Positions 8,918-17,908 of a stretch of 64,000 bases of DNA are shown one piece after another. The notes under the pieces were generated by a model. The model saw nothing but the letters and a program-made list of their open reading frames with translations, was not told the origin of the DNA and did no database searches. The stretch is from positions 39,675 to 103,674 of the forward strand of contig CAYQJU010000001.1 of NCBI GenBank assembly GCA_964417875.1, given 5' to 3'. A program made the translations under genes and the position numbers. How positions within the stretch are numbered: position 1 is the first letter of the stretch; each line of letters starts with the position of its first letter. The DNA is from an uncultured Steroidobacteraceae bacterium. GTDB taxonomy: Bacteria > Pseudomonadota > Gammaproteobacteria > Steroidobacterales > Steroidobacteraceae.

Positions 8918-9787
8918 TCAGCCCGCCGCCGGCTTCTTGCCGCGCAGTTCCTGTTCCAGGTCATGGAAGTTCGGGCGCACGCCACTGAACAGCAACTTGC
9001 GGGCGAACTCCACCGCCACGGGCGGCGGATAGCCACGCAGGCTGGCCACCAGCGCCATCTTCACCACCTCGAAGGCCTTGGCTTCCTCATGCGCGCGATG
9101 TTCCATCGCCGCGGCGATCGGGCCGACAAAACCATATGCCACGAGGATGCCGAGGAAGGTTCCCACCAGTGCGGCGCCGACGCGATGGCCGATCTCGGTG
9201 GTGCTTGCGCCATCGATGGCAGCCATGGTGCTGACGATGCCCATCACCGCGGCGACGATGCCGAAGCCCGGCAGTGCATCGGCCACCTTCTGCACCGCAT
9301 GGGCCGGCTCGGCGGCTTCCTTGTGGTGCGTCTCGAGTTCGTATTCGAGCAGGCTTTCCAGCTCGTGCGGATCGAGGTTGCCGCCGGATATCAGCCGCAG
9401 GCAGTCGGTGATGAACTCCATCATGTGATGGTCGGCCATCACGCCCGGATACTTCTTGAAGATGTCGCTCTTCTCGGGATTCTCGATGTGTCGTTCGATG
9501 GCCAGCACGCCGTCGCGGCGCGCCATCATCAGGATGTCGTACACCAGCTTCAGCAGTTCGATGTATTCATCACGGCCGTAGCGTGCGCCCTTCAGCAGCC
9601 CGACGGCGCCGGCAAACGCGGCCTTCACCACCTTCAGCGGATTGCTGATCAGGAAGGCCCCCAGCGCACCGCCGACGATGATCAGCACCTCGAAGGGGTG
9701 CCACAGCAGCAGCAGGCTGCTGCCGCTTGCCATGAATCCGCCCAGCACGCAGCCGAGTACAACCAGTGTTCCGATGATTGCGATCAT
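8918..9787 (-). CDS. motA: Flagellar stator protein MotA
   Basis: 289 aa with four TM segments and a typical MotA N-terminus (MIAIIGTLVVLGCVLGGF) and C-terminal channel helices. It lies immediately upstream of motB. Confidence 0.92.
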   Translation of the reverse strand: MIAIIGTLVVLGCVLGGFMASGSSLLLLWHPFEVLIIVGGALGAFLISNPLKVVKAAFAGAVGLLKGARYGRDEYIELLKLVYDILMMARRDGVLAIERHIENPEKSDIFKKYPGVMADHHMMEFITDCLRLISGGNLDPHELESLLEYELETHHKEAAEPAHAVQKVADALPGFGIVAAVMGIVSTMAAIDGASTTEIGHRVGAALVGTFLGILVAYGFVGPIAAAMEHRAHEEAKAFEVVKMALVASLRGYPPPVAVEFARKLLFSGVRPNFHDLEQELRGKKPAAG

Positions 9788-9823
9788 CTTTCCTCAGCGC
9801 CGTGCAGATACATACATGGTTGA

Positions 9824-9852
9824 TTATCGGCAGCCGCCCGCATGCTCTTAAG
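9824..9852 (-). promoter_or_regulatory. Sigma-28 (FliA) promoter of motAB
   Basis: The minus strand reads CTTAAGAGCATGCGGGCGGCT GCCGATAA. The -10 is perfect (GCCGATAA), with TAAGA/TTAAG 14-15 nt upstream. It lies 37 nt upstream of the motA ATG. Confidence 0.75.
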
Positions 9853-9896
9853 GAAGAGCGTCACGGTTGGGAATGCGCGGGAGAATGTTTTCTGGT

Positions 9897-10394
9897 CTAG
9901 GCGCTGACCGAAACCAGACGCCCGGCAGGGGGCGTCGTGGTCCGCGCAGCACCAGGCTCATAGGTGCGCGCGTTGTTGCCCGACGCCATCATGTCGAGCA
10001 TGCCGGTGATGCGCGTGAGTCGCGCAGTCACCAGCGCGCCATTGCGCTCGTTCTGTGCACGGCAGCTCTCGGCGAGCTTCGTGCAGGTGGACTGTGCAGC
10101 AGCCAGCGAACCGGTGGGATCGCACCAGCGCAACAGCGCCGCGATGCCGCTGCGGTCCGCACTCTGGCCGAGCATGCGGCACAGGTCGCGCCGCGTGTCA
10201 TCGAGTTTCAGCAGTTTCGCCACGGTGGCCTGGCGCGCATTGCCGGCGCGCTCGAGGCTGTCGACATCATTGCCGGCCAGGAACTCATGTTCGCGGCGCA
10301 GCTGCTGTTCCAGTTCGGCCAGCAGCATGTTCTCGCCATCGAGCAGGCTTGCGAACTGCGCGCGGCACGCCTCCTGGTCCATGCCCGGCATCAC
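9897..10394 (-). CDS. flgN: Flagellar export chaperone FlgN (for FlgK/FlgL)
   Basis: 165-aa helical protein. Its ATGA overlaps the flgM stop, and it holds the canonical position after flgM. Confidence 0.8.
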   Translation of the reverse strand: MMPGMDQEACRAQFASLLDGENMLLAELEQQLRREHEFLAGNDVDSLERAGNARQATVAKLLKLDDTRRDLCRMLGQSADRSGIAALLRWCDPTGSLAAAQSTCTKLAESCRAQNERNGALVTARLTRITGMLDMMASGNNARTYEPGAARTTTPPAGRLVSVSA

Positions 10395-10744
10395 TTGAGC
10401 GGCGAGTCGAAGGGAAGGGCGCGTGCCAGGTCGCTCTCCAGACGCAGCATGCGGTCGGCGATGCGCTGCGGATCGATCTCGTAGCTGCCATCCTGCAGGC
10501 GCTGCTTGACGGCTGCGACCCGCAGTTCATCCACGGCCGGTGATGCGCGCAGCGACTCCTCGATGGCCGACAGGTTGCGCGCCGCATGGGTCAGGCGCAC
10601 GTCCGCACCGCCCGAAGCCTGCTCGCCGCCCGGTGTCGATGCGCCGGTCGCAGGCCGGACGCCCGAAGCCGGCGCCACGCGCGCGGTCCGCGGTTCCACT
10701 GCATTGATCTTGTTCGGCACGAAACTCTCTCCCGGCACTTTCAT
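10391..10744 (-). CDS. flgM: Anti-sigma-28 factor FlgM
   Basis: 117 aa. The C-terminal VAAVKQRLQDGSYEIDPQRIADRML is the typical FlgM sigma-28-binding region. A sigma-28 promoter lies upstream. Confidence 0.88.
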   Translation of the reverse strand: MKVPGESFVPNKINAVEPRTARVAPASGVRPATGASTPGGEQASGGADVRLTHAARNLSAIEESLRASPAVDELRVAAVKQRLQDGSYEIDPQRIADRMLRLESDLARALPFDSPLK

Positions 10745-10763
10745 GGCGTTCCCTTCAGGACTG

Positions 10764-10790
10764 GTATCGGCCGCCGTGCGGCGAACTTTA
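10764..10790 (-). promoter_or_regulatory. Sigma-28 (FliA) promoter of flgMN
   Basis: The minus strand reads TAAAGTTC-N11-GCCGATAC, a near-perfect match to the enteric consensus TAAAGTTT-N11-GCCGATAA. It lies about 20 nt upstream of the flgM ATG. Confidence 0.85.
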
Positions 10791-10857
10791 GGCTTGTTTC
10801 AGCATGGGAAGGCAGTGCGGGAGCTGCCCCGGAATATGTTGCGTGGCTGGCCATGGG

Positions 10858-11571
10858 CTACAGGCTGACCCGCACCTGGTCGCGGGACTCCACCTGGCCC
10901 TCGACGATCTTGCGCGAGGTGAGGTTCAGCACGCGCACCCGGCCGGTGGGCCCGGCGTCCTGGATCGCTTCGCCCTGGGCCCGCACTTCCAGGCCGCCAA
11001 TGCTGGCCACCAGCGTCACGCGCTGTCCGCGCCGCACCAGGATGTCGGCGGCAAGCAGGTCGCTGGTCAGCGGCGTGCCGGCCGGAACCGGCCGCTTCAG
11101 GTGCCGCCCGTCCAGCTGTCTGATGTCGTCGATATAAGAGGAGGAAAGTCCCGGCACGCGCACCGTGCGAAGTTCCACGTCCGCACTGCCGACCTTGGCA
11201 TTGCGGGCCAGCGAGCGCTGCAGCACCAGCACGGGCAGTTCGGTCTCGACGCGCACCGGCACATACACCGTCCAGCGTGGACTCTCGCAGCTGACGCCCA
11301 CGGCAATCCGCGCCGACAGCGTGGTGGTGGAAGGCGGCAGCTGCGCTGCGGGTCGCTGCGAACAGCGGGGCAGGCGCAGCCGCGGGTCCATGGCGTCGGC
11401 GCTGGCATGCACTTGCCCTGTGCCCTCGGGCACCTGCGCCACGACGAAGGCCTCGGCCACCTGGCGCAGCTCATCGAGTGGATGCGGAGGCGGTGTCTGC
11501 GCATGGACCGTGCCCGCCGCGCACAGCGGCAGCGTCAGGATCCAGACGATGCGGGACTTGAATCGCAACAT
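10858..11571 (-). CDS. flgA: Flagellar P-ring assembly chaperone FlgA
   Basis: ATG at 11571 gives the signal peptide MLRFKSRIVWILTLPLCAAGTVHA and a C-terminal SAF-like domain (RRGQRVTLVA...GRVRVLN). The listed ORF 10858..12345 is an artefactual extension running through the flgB promoter. Confidence 0.85.
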   Translation of the reverse strand: MLRFKSRIVWILTLPLCAAGTVHAQTPPPHPLDELRQVAEAFVVAQVPEGTGQVHASADAMDPRLRLPRCSQRPAAQLPPSTTTLSARIAVGVSCESPRWTVYVPVRVETELPVLVLQRSLARNAKVGSADVELRTVRVPGLSSSYIDDIRQLDGRHLKRPVPAGTPLTSDLLAADILVRRGQRVTLVASIGGLEVRAQGEAIQDAGPTGRVRVLNLTSRKIVEGQVESRDQVRVSL

Positions 11572-11584
11572 GCCGAAGAGGGAA

Positions 11585-11599
11585 GCAAGTGCCGTGCCA
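11585..11599 (-). promoter_or_regulatory. Sigma-54 promoter of flgA
   Basis: The minus strand reads TGGCAC-GGCAC-TTGC, a perfect -24/-12 consensus. TTGC is followed by 13 nt (ttccctcttcggc, no SD) and then the flgA ATG. Confidence 0.75.
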
Positions 11600-11609
11600 C
11601 ATGCCCGGC

Positions 11610-11637
11610 TAAAGATCGCAGCGCCCAATGCCGATAT
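11610..11637 (+). promoter_or_regulatory. Sigma-28-like promoter upstream of the flgB sigma-54 promoter
   Basis: TAAAG-N15-GCCGATAT. The spacer is one nt longer than in the other sigma-28 sites in this window. Confidence 0.35.
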
Positions 11638-11701
11638 AGAAGATGCCGATGCCCGGCAACGGGTGATTGCCGCCGCCGCGGCACGCGGCTGCCGCCGCGC
11701 T

Positions 11702-11715
11702 GTGATGCGCATCAC
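11702..11715. promoter_or_regulatory. Perfect 14-bp palindrome GTGATGC|GCATCAC in the flgA-flgB divergent region (candidate activator site)
   Basis: The centre lies 64 bp upstream of the GG of the flgB sigma-54 promoter and 111 bp upstream of the GG of the flgA promoter. It belongs to the GTGAY-N4-RTCAC motif family seen at other sigma-54 promoters here. Confidence 0.5.
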
Positions 11716-11770
11716 GACCGGCAACCACCATGACCCGCGCTGTGCCTGGGTCAGGGTCATTTCTCCCATC

Positions 11771-11785
11771 TGGCACGCCAGTTGC
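11771..11785 (+). promoter_or_regulatory. Sigma-54 promoter of the flgBCDEFGHIJ operon
   Basis: TGGCAC-GCCAG-TTGC is a perfect consensus. It lies 38 nt upstream of the GTG start, which has a GGAG SD. Confidence 0.8.
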
Positions 11786-11823
11786 TCTGTACCCCGGCAG
11801 GACGGGTTTTTGACGGAGCACTC

Positions 11824-12246
11824 GTGGCCTTGAACCTCGACACGTACCTGGGCGTGCATTCCCAGGCGCTGAAGTTGCGCGAGCAGCGCACGGAGCTGCT
11901 CGCCCGCAATCTGGCCAATGCCGATACGCCGGGCTACAAGGCGCAGGACCTGGATTTTCGCGCCGCGCTGGCCGCCAGCACTGCGGGCAGTGCCACGCCT
12001 GGCGTGCTGCAGGCCACGCAGCCGGGGCATATCGGAGCCACCGGCGACGCGGGTGGCCTCGAGCCGGGGTCCACCGCCGCATTCATGAAGTACCGCACGC
12101 CACTCGCGCCCTCGCTGGACGGCAACACGGTCGATGCACAGCTGGAGCAGGCTGCGTTCGCCGACAACGCCGTGCGCTACCAGGCGACGCTGCAGTTCCT
12201 TTCCTCGAAGTTCCGGTCGCTGATGACCGCCATCACCGGCCAGTAA
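11824..12246 (+). CDS. flgB: Flagellar proximal rod protein FlgB
   Basis: The LARNLANADTPGYKAQDLDF motif is present. GTG at 11824 is preceded by GGAG at the right distance. The listed TTG start at 11782 lies inside the sigma-54 -12 element, so it is rejected. Confidence 0.88.
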   Translation: MALNLDTYLGVHSQALKLREQRTELLARNLANADTPGYKAQDLDFRAALAASTAGSATPGVLQATQPGHIGATGDAGGLEPGSTAAFMKYRTPLAPSLDGNTVDAQLEQAAFADNAVRYQATLQFLSSKFRSLMTAITGQ

Positions 12247-12256
12247 AGGGAGAGTC

Positions 12257-12679
12257 ATGTCTTCGTTCAAGATTTTCGAGATTGCAGGTTCGGGCATGGC
12301 GGCGCAGTCCGTGCGGCTGAACACCGTGGCCAGCAACCTTGCCAATGCCGACAGTGTCAGCGGCAGCGCAGAGACCGCCTATCGCGCGCGCCATCCGGTG
12401 TTCGAGGCCGTGCGCGCAGAGACGCGTGCCGGACAGGCGGGCGCCGGCGATGCCGCAGTGCGCATCCGCGAGATCGTCGAGGACGCGCGCGCGCCGGAGA
12501 TGCGCTATGAGCCGGGCAACCCGCTCGCCAACGCCGAAGGGTATGTATTTGCGCCGAACGTGAACGTGGTGGAGGAGATGGTGAACATGATCTCCGCCTC
12601 GCGCGCCTACCAGAACAATGTGGAAGTCATGAACACGTCGAAGGAGCTGATGCTCGCGACGCTGAGGATGGGCCAGTAA
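12257..12679 (+). CDS. flgC: Flagellar proximal rod protein FlgC
   Basis: 140 aa with VASNLANADS and a C-terminal SASRAYQNN motif. Confidence 0.95.
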   Translation: MSSFKIFEIAGSGMAAQSVRLNTVASNLANADSVSGSAETAYRARHPVFEAVRAETRAGQAGAGDAAVRIREIVEDARAPEMRYEPGNPLANAEGYVFAPNVNVVEEMVNMISASRAYQNNVEVMNTSKELMLATLRMGQ

Positions 12680-13332
12680 TGAGCATCGACGCCATCACCG
12701 GCAGCAGCAGCGCCGCGACCGCAGCAGCCAAGGCGAAGGACCAGCTCGGCCAGGACCAGTTCCTGCAGCTGATGGTCGCCCAGCTGAAACACCAGGATCC
12801 GACCAGCCCGATGGATCCGGCGGACTTCCTCGGCCAGCTGGCGCAGTTCGGCACCGTGACCGGCATCCAGGGCATGCAGGGCTCGATCTCGGCGCTGTCG
12901 GAGTCGCTGCGTTCCGCGCAGGTGCTCAATGGCACCAACCTTGTGGGCCGCGACATCCTGGTCGATTCGGACACTGCTTTCCTGGCCGACAGTGGGTCGC
13001 TCTATGGCACCACGGAAATCCCCACGGGCACGCGCAGTGCGAACCTCGTGATCACCGATTCCGCCGGCCAGCAGGTGCGCAGGATCGCGCTGTCGCCGGC
13101 TGAGGGCGAGGTGGTCTTTGAATGGGACGGCACGCTGGAGAACGGCGAGCGCGCGACCACCGGTGAATACACCGTCAGCGTGGTGGCCGACGTGGCCGGT
13201 TCCAGTGAACAGCTTTCCACGCAGCTTCTGGCGCGGGTCGGCAGCGTCAGCATCGACCCGAAGAGCAACGGCCTCACCCTCAACACCGACCTCGGACCCA
13301 TTGCACTCGGCGATGTTCGCCAAGTGATGTAA
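12679..13332 (+). CDS. flgD: Hook-capping/assembly protein FlgD
   Basis: 217 aa with the N-terminal DQFLQLMVAQLKHQDPTSPMD motif. Confidence 0.93.
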   Translation: MSIDAITGSSSAATAAAKAKDQLGQDQFLQLMVAQLKHQDPTSPMDPADFLGQLAQFGTVTGIQGMQGSISALSESLRSAQVLNGTNLVGRDILVDSDTAFLADSGSLYGTTEIPTGTRSANLVITDSAGQQVRRIALSPAEGEVVFEWDGTLENGERATTGEYTVSVVADVAGSSEQLSTQLLARVGSVSIDPKSNGLTLNTDLGPIALGDVRQVM

Positions 13333-13342
13333 GGAGACTCGC

Positions 13343-14560
13343 ATGACCTTCCGTCTCGCCCTCAGTGGCCTGAATGCCGCCTCCGCGGACCTCAACGTCA
13401 CGGCCAACAACATCGCCAACAGCTCCACCAACGGCTTCAAGGAATCGCGCGCCGAATTCGCCGAGCTGTTCGCCGTCTCGCCGCAGGGCGTGGCGACGCT
13501 GGCCACCGGCAATGGCGTGCGCGTGTCCGACATCGCGCAGCAGTTCAGCCAGGGCAACATCGACTTCACCGACAACAACCTGGACCTGGCCATCAGCGGC
13601 ACCGGGTTCTTCACCGTCAGCGACAATGGCTCCTACGCCTACACGCGCGCCGGTGCCTTCCGCACCGATGCCATGGGCTATGTCACCAATGCCCAGGGGC
13701 AGCGCCTGCAGGTGTTTCCGCCCGTCACCGGTGGTGGCTTCAATACCGGCGCACTGGCCGACCTGCGCCTGGTCACTTCCGAGAGTGCGCCTGCGGCCAC
13801 GAGCAACGTCGAGTTGCTGGCGAACCTGCCGGCCGACGCCGTGCCGCCGGCCAATGCCAACTTCGATCCGGCCGATCCGACCAGCTTCACACGCGCCACC
13901 TCGATGACGGTGTACGACTCGCTGGGCGCGGCGCACACCGCCACCGTCTACTTCGTGAAGGACGCGGCTGCGAATACCTGGAACACCCATTTCCATGTGG
14001 ATGGCGCGCCGGTCGGCGGCCCGGACCAGCTGGTATTCGACGACCAGGGCACGCTGGTCACGCCGCCCACCGGCGAGATCGCCATGCCCGCGTACACACC
14101 GGGTACCGGTGCTGCGGCGATGAACATCACGATGAACGTGAACGGCACCACGCAGTACGGCAGCACCTTCAGCGTCGGCAATATCACGCAGGATGGCTAT
14201 ACCACCGGCCGCCTGATCGGCATCGACATCGACAAGGGCGGTGTGGTGCAGGCGCGCTTCACCAATGGCCGCTCGCTGACGCTGGGCCAGGTGGCGCTGT
14301 CGAACTTCGCCAATCCCAACGGCCTGCAGCAGCTAGCCGACACCAACTGGGCCGAGACCTTCACCTCCGGCCAGGCGCTGCGCGGTCAGGCCGGGACCTC
14401 GGGCTTCGGCCTGCTCCAGTCAGGCGCGCTGGAGGCCTCGAACGTCGACATCACCACCCAGCTGGTGAACATGATCACCGCGCAGCGCAACTTCCAGGCG
14501 AACGCGAAGATGATCTCGACCTCCGACGCGATCACCCAGACCATCATCAACATCAGGTAA
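13343..14560 (+). CDS. flgE: Flagellar hook protein FlgE
   Basis: 405 aa with the N-terminal SGLNAASADLNVTANNIANSST and C-terminal EASNVD...MITAQRNFQAN motifs. Confidence 0.95.
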   Translation: MTFRLALSGLNAASADLNVTANNIANSSTNGFKESRAEFAELFAVSPQGVATLATGNGVRVSDIAQQFSQGNIDFTDNNLDLAISGTGFFTVSDNGSYAYTRAGAFRTDAMGYVTNAQGQRLQVFPPVTGGGFNTGALADLRLVTSESAPAATSNVELLANLPADAVPPANANFDPADPTSFTRATSMTVYDSLGAAHTATVYFVKDAAANTWNTHFHVDGAPVGGPDQLVFDDQGTLVTPPTGEIAMPAYTPGTGAAAMNITMNVNGTTQYGSTFSVGNITQDGYTTGRLIGIDIDKGGVVQARFTNGRSLTLGQVALSNFANPNGLQQLADTNWAETFTSGQALRGQAGTSGFGLLQSGALEASNVDITTQLVNMITAQRNFQANAKMISTSDAITQTIINIR

Positions 14561-14564
14561 GACC

Positions 14565-15305
14565 ATGGACCGCCTGCTGTATGTCGCGATGAGCGGCGCC
14601 CGCGAGACCCTCAAGGCGCAGACCGCGAACAACCACAACCTGGCCAATGCCTCCACCACCGGCTTCCGTGCCGACCTGGCGGCATTCCAGGCGCGGCACG
14701 TGGCGGGCGATGGATTTGCCTCGCGGGTCTATGCCACTGCGTCCACGACTGGCTTCGACGCCACCTCGGGCACGCTGGTGCCGACGGGGCGCGACCTGGA
14801 CGTGGCCGTGCAGGGCAATGGCTACCTTGCCGTGCAGGCGCACGATGGCCGCGAGGCCTACACGCGCGCCGGCGACCTGCGCATCGATGCCTCGGGCATC
14901 CTGCGCACCGGCACCGGCCTGCCGGTGCTGGGCGATGCCGGTCCCGTGGCCGTGCCGCCGCATGCCTCGATCGCCATCGGTGCCGACGGCACGGTGTCGA
15001 TCGTGCCGCTGGGGCAGGGACCGGAAACGCGCGCCGAGATCGCCCGCATCAAGCTGGTGAACCCGGCCGACACCGATCTCACCAAGGATGCCGACGGGCT
15101 GCTGCGCATGAAGGATGGCAGGGATGCGCCGGCCGATGCCTCCGCCACGCTGGTGTCCGGCTTGCTCGAGACCAGCAACGTGAATGTCGCCGATGCGCTG
15201 GTGAACATGATCGAACTGTCGCGCCGCTTCGACCTGCAGGTGCGCGCCATGAAGACCGCCGAAGACAACGGCGCCGCCTCCGCGCGGCTGCTGTCGATGC
15301 GTTAA
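14565..15305 (+). CDS. flgF: Flagellar proximal rod protein FlgF
   Basis: 246 aa with MDRLLYVAMSGA and the C-terminal LETSNVN...MIELSRRFD. Confidence 0.93.
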   Translation: MDRLLYVAMSGARETLKAQTANNHNLANASTTGFRADLAAFQARHVAGDGFASRVYATASTTGFDATSGTLVPTGRDLDVAVQGNGYLAVQAHDGREAYTRAGDLRIDASGILRTGTGLPVLGDAGPVAVPPHASIAIGADGTVSIVPLGQGPETRAEIARIKLVNPADTDLTKDADGLLRMKDGRDAPADASATLVSGLLETSNVNVADALVNMIELSRRFDLQVRAMKTAEDNGAASARLLSMR

Positions 15306-15335
15306 GCGCGCAACCGAATCAAGAGGAACCGAACC

Positions 15336-16121
15336 ATGCATTCCGCACTTTGGGCCGCCAAGACCGGACTGGACGCGCAGCAGACGCGCATGACCGTCAT
15401 CTCGCACAACCTTGCCAACGTGAACACCACCGGCTTCAAGAAAGACCGCGCGGTGTTCGAGGACCTGCTCTACCAGAACGTGAAGCAGGTGGGCTCGGCC
15501 ACCTCGCAGGACACGGTTGCGCCCACCGGGCTGAACCTCGGCACCGGCGTGCGCGTCGTGGCCACGGAGAAGAACCATGCGCAGGGCGGCCTGAACAACA
15601 CCGGCAATGCGCTGGATGTGGCCATCAACGGCCGCGGCTTCTTCCAGGTGCTGATGCCGGATGGCAGCTTCGCCTATACGCGCGATGGTTCGTTCAAGAC
15701 CAGCGCCGAAGGGGAGCTGGTGACCTCCAGCGGCTATCGCGTGCAGCCGGGCATCTCGATCCCGCAGGGCGCGCAGAGCATCACCATCGGAGCCGATGGC
15801 ACGGTCAGCGCGCAGATCGCCGGCCAGAACGCGCCCACGCAGATCGGCACGCTGCAGCTCACCGACTTCGTGAATCCGGCCGGCCTGCAGCCGCGCGGCG
15901 AGAACCTGCTGGTCGAATCCGCAGCCAGCGGTCCGGCGCAGGGCAGCACGCCCGGCCTCAACGGCCTGGGCCTGCTGCAGCAGGGCTTCCTGGAAGGCTC
16001 GAACGTGAACGTGGTGGAAGAGCTGGTCGCGATGATCGAGACCCAGCGCGCCTATGAGATGAACTCCAAGGCCATCTCCACCACCGACCAGATGCTGCAG
16101 TACGTGAGCAACAACCTGTGA
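15336..16121 (+). CDS. flgG: Flagellar distal rod protein FlgG
   Basis: 261 aa with [24 protein letters not shown] and the C-terminal [27 protein letters not shown]. Confidence 0.96.
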   Translation: MHSALWAAKTGLDAQQTRMTVISHNLANVNTTGFKKDRAVFEDLLYQNVKQVGSATSQDTVAPTGLNLGTGVRVVATEKNHAQGGLNNTGNALDVAINGRGFFQVLMPDGSFAYTRDGSFKTSAEGELVTSSGYRVQPGISIPQGAQSITIGADGTVSAQIAGQNAPTQIGTLQLTDFVNPAGLQPRGENLLVESAASGPAQGSTPGLNGLGLLQQGFLEGSNVNVVEELVAMIETQRAYEMNSKAISTTDQMLQYVSNNL

Positions 16122-16795
16122 ACCAGCGCCGCTGCATGATTCTGGCCGCCGGCGTTGCCGCCGCGTGGCTGCTGGCCGGATGCGCCACCACCCAGGGCTA
16201 CGAGGACTTCTCGGCCACCTGGCCGGAGGAGCTGCCGCGCGACGCACCGGCCAGCGGTTCGATCTACCAGGCCGGCCACGATGTGCCGCTGTTCGAGAAC
16301 GTGGTGGCCCATCGCGTGGGCGACACGGTGACCATCATCCTCTCCGAGCAGACTGCCGCGCAGAAGAGCTCCAGCACCTCGACCTCGAAAGACACATCCG
16401 TGGACATCCCCGCGCCGCTGTTCGGCGGCTCGCCGTTGACCATCGGCGGCCGGGAGATCTCCGCCAGCATGGAGAACAGCCGCAGCTTCGAGGGATCGGG
16501 TGACAGCAGCCTGTCGAACCGCCTGCAGGGCAACGTCACCGTGACCGTCGCGAAGCGGCTGTCGAACGGCAACCTGGTCGTGCGCGGCCAGAAGTGGATC
16601 GAGATCAACCAGGGACGCGAGTTCGTGCGCATCCAGGGTGTGATCCGGCCGCTGGATATCCAGCCTGACAACACCATCGCCTCCTACAAGGTGGCCGACG
16701 CCAGCATCGCCTATGGCGCGCGCGGCGCGCTCGCCGACGCCAACCGGCCGGGCCTGCTGTCCCGCTTCTTCAACTCCATCTGGAACCCGCTGTGA
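16118..16795 (+). CDS. flgH: Flagellar L-ring lipoprotein FlgH
   Basis: 225 aa with the lipobox LLAGC and [11 protein letters not shown] and [18 protein letters not shown] motifs. Confidence 0.94.
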   Translation: MNQRRCMILAAGVAAAWLLAGCATTQGYEDFSATWPEELPRDAPASGSIYQAGHDVPLFENVVAHRVGDTVTIILSEQTAAQKSSSTSTSKDTSVDIPAPLFGGSPLTIGGREISASMENSRSFEGSGDSSLSNRLQGNVTVTVAKRLSNGNLVVRGQKWIEINQGREFVRIQGVIRPLDIQPDNTIASYKVADASIAYGARGALADANRPGLLSRFFNSIWNPL

Positions 16796-17907
16796 TGCAC
16801 AGGATTGTTGCCCGAATGCTCGCCGCCGCCGCCGGCATGCTGCTGCTGGCGCCGGCCGTGCAGGCCGAACGCGTCAAGGACCTGGCCCAGGTGTCGGGCG
16901 TGCGCGGCAACCAGCTGGTGGGCTATGGCCTGGTGGTGGGCCTCGATGGCACCGGCGACCAGACCAGCCAGGCGCCGTTCACCATCCAAAGCATCAAGAA
17001 CATGCTGGCGCGCTTCGGTGTCGCGGTGCCGCCGAACGTGAACCCGCAGCTGAAGAACGTGGCTGCCGTGGTGGTCACGGCCGACCTGCCGCCGTTCTCG
17101 AAGTCAGGCCAGACCATCGACGTCACCGTCTCCTCGATCGCCAACGCGGCCTCGCTACGCGGCGGCACGCTGCTGATGACGCCGCTGCGCGGTGTCGACG
17201 GCGAGGTGTATGGCATCGCGCAGGGCAGCCTCGTGGTCAGCGGCTTCGGCGCGCAGGGCAGCGATGGTTCGCGGCTGTCGGTGAATGTGCCTTCCAGCGG
17301 CCGCGTGCCAAATGGCGCCACCGTGGAGCGCGAGGTGCCGAACAACTTCACCGCGCAGCCCTATGTGGTGCTGAACCTGCACACGCCGGACTTCACCACC
17401 GCGGCAAGGCTGGCCGGTGGCATCAACGACCTGCTGGGCTCGGGTACCGCGCAGGCCATGGATGCCGTCTCGGTCAAGGTGGCAGCGCCGGTGGATCCGA
17501 ACCAGCGCATCGCCTACCTGTCGACGCTGGAGGCCATCGAGGTGGAGCCAGGCGATGCGCCCGCGCGCGTGATCGTCAATTCGCGCACCGGCACCGTGGT
17601 CATCGGCTCACGCGTGCGCGTGTCGCGTGCCGCCGTGGCGCATGGTTCGCTGTCCGTCACCATCACCGAGCGGCTCGACGTGAGCCAGCCGGCGCCGTTC
17701 TCGCGGGGCGATACCGTGGTCACGCCGCGCAGCGAGATCTCCGCCTCAGAGGATCAGGCACGCATGTTCGTGTTCGACCCGGGTGTCGACCTGAACGAGA
17801 TCGTGCGTGCCGTGAACCAGGTGGGCGCCGCCCCGGGCGACCTGGTGGCCATTCTCGAGGCCCTGAAGGAAGCCGGCGCGCTGCGCGCGGAGCTGATCGT
17901 CATCTGA
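16792..17907 (+). CDS. flgI: Flagellar P-ring protein FlgI
   Basis: 371 aa with a signal peptide, then [30 protein letters not shown] and the C-terminal [18 protein letters not shown]. Confidence 0.96.
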   Translation: MMHRIVARMLAAAAGMLLLAPAVQAERVKDLAQVSGVRGNQLVGYGLVVGLDGTGDQTSQAPFTIQSIKNMLARFGVAVPPNVNPQLKNVAAVVVTADLPPFSKSGQTIDVTVSSIANAASLRGGTLLMTPLRGVDGEVYGIAQGSLVVSGFGAQGSDGSRLSVNVPSSGRVPNGATVEREVPNNFTAQPYVVLNLHTPDFTTAARLAGGINDLLGSGTAQAMDAVSVKVAAPVDPNQRIAYLSTLEAIEVEPGDAPARVIVNSRTGTVVIGSRVRVSRAAVAHGSLSVTITERLDVSQPAPFSRGDTVVTPRSEISASEDQARMFVFDPGVDLNEIVRAVNQVGAAPGDLVAILEALKEAGALRAELIVI

Positions 17908-17908
17908 C

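Noticed and set aside
11572-12345. The 5' extension of flgA (listed ORF 10858..12345), and similar extensions of fliQ (36146), the HDOD gene (45848), fleN (42416), fliA (43360), the aminotransferase (4289) and icd (56748).
   Set aside because: Internal starts give canonical N-termini (signal peptide, Walker motif spacing, overlapping stop/start couples). The extensions run across promoters or neighbouring genes.
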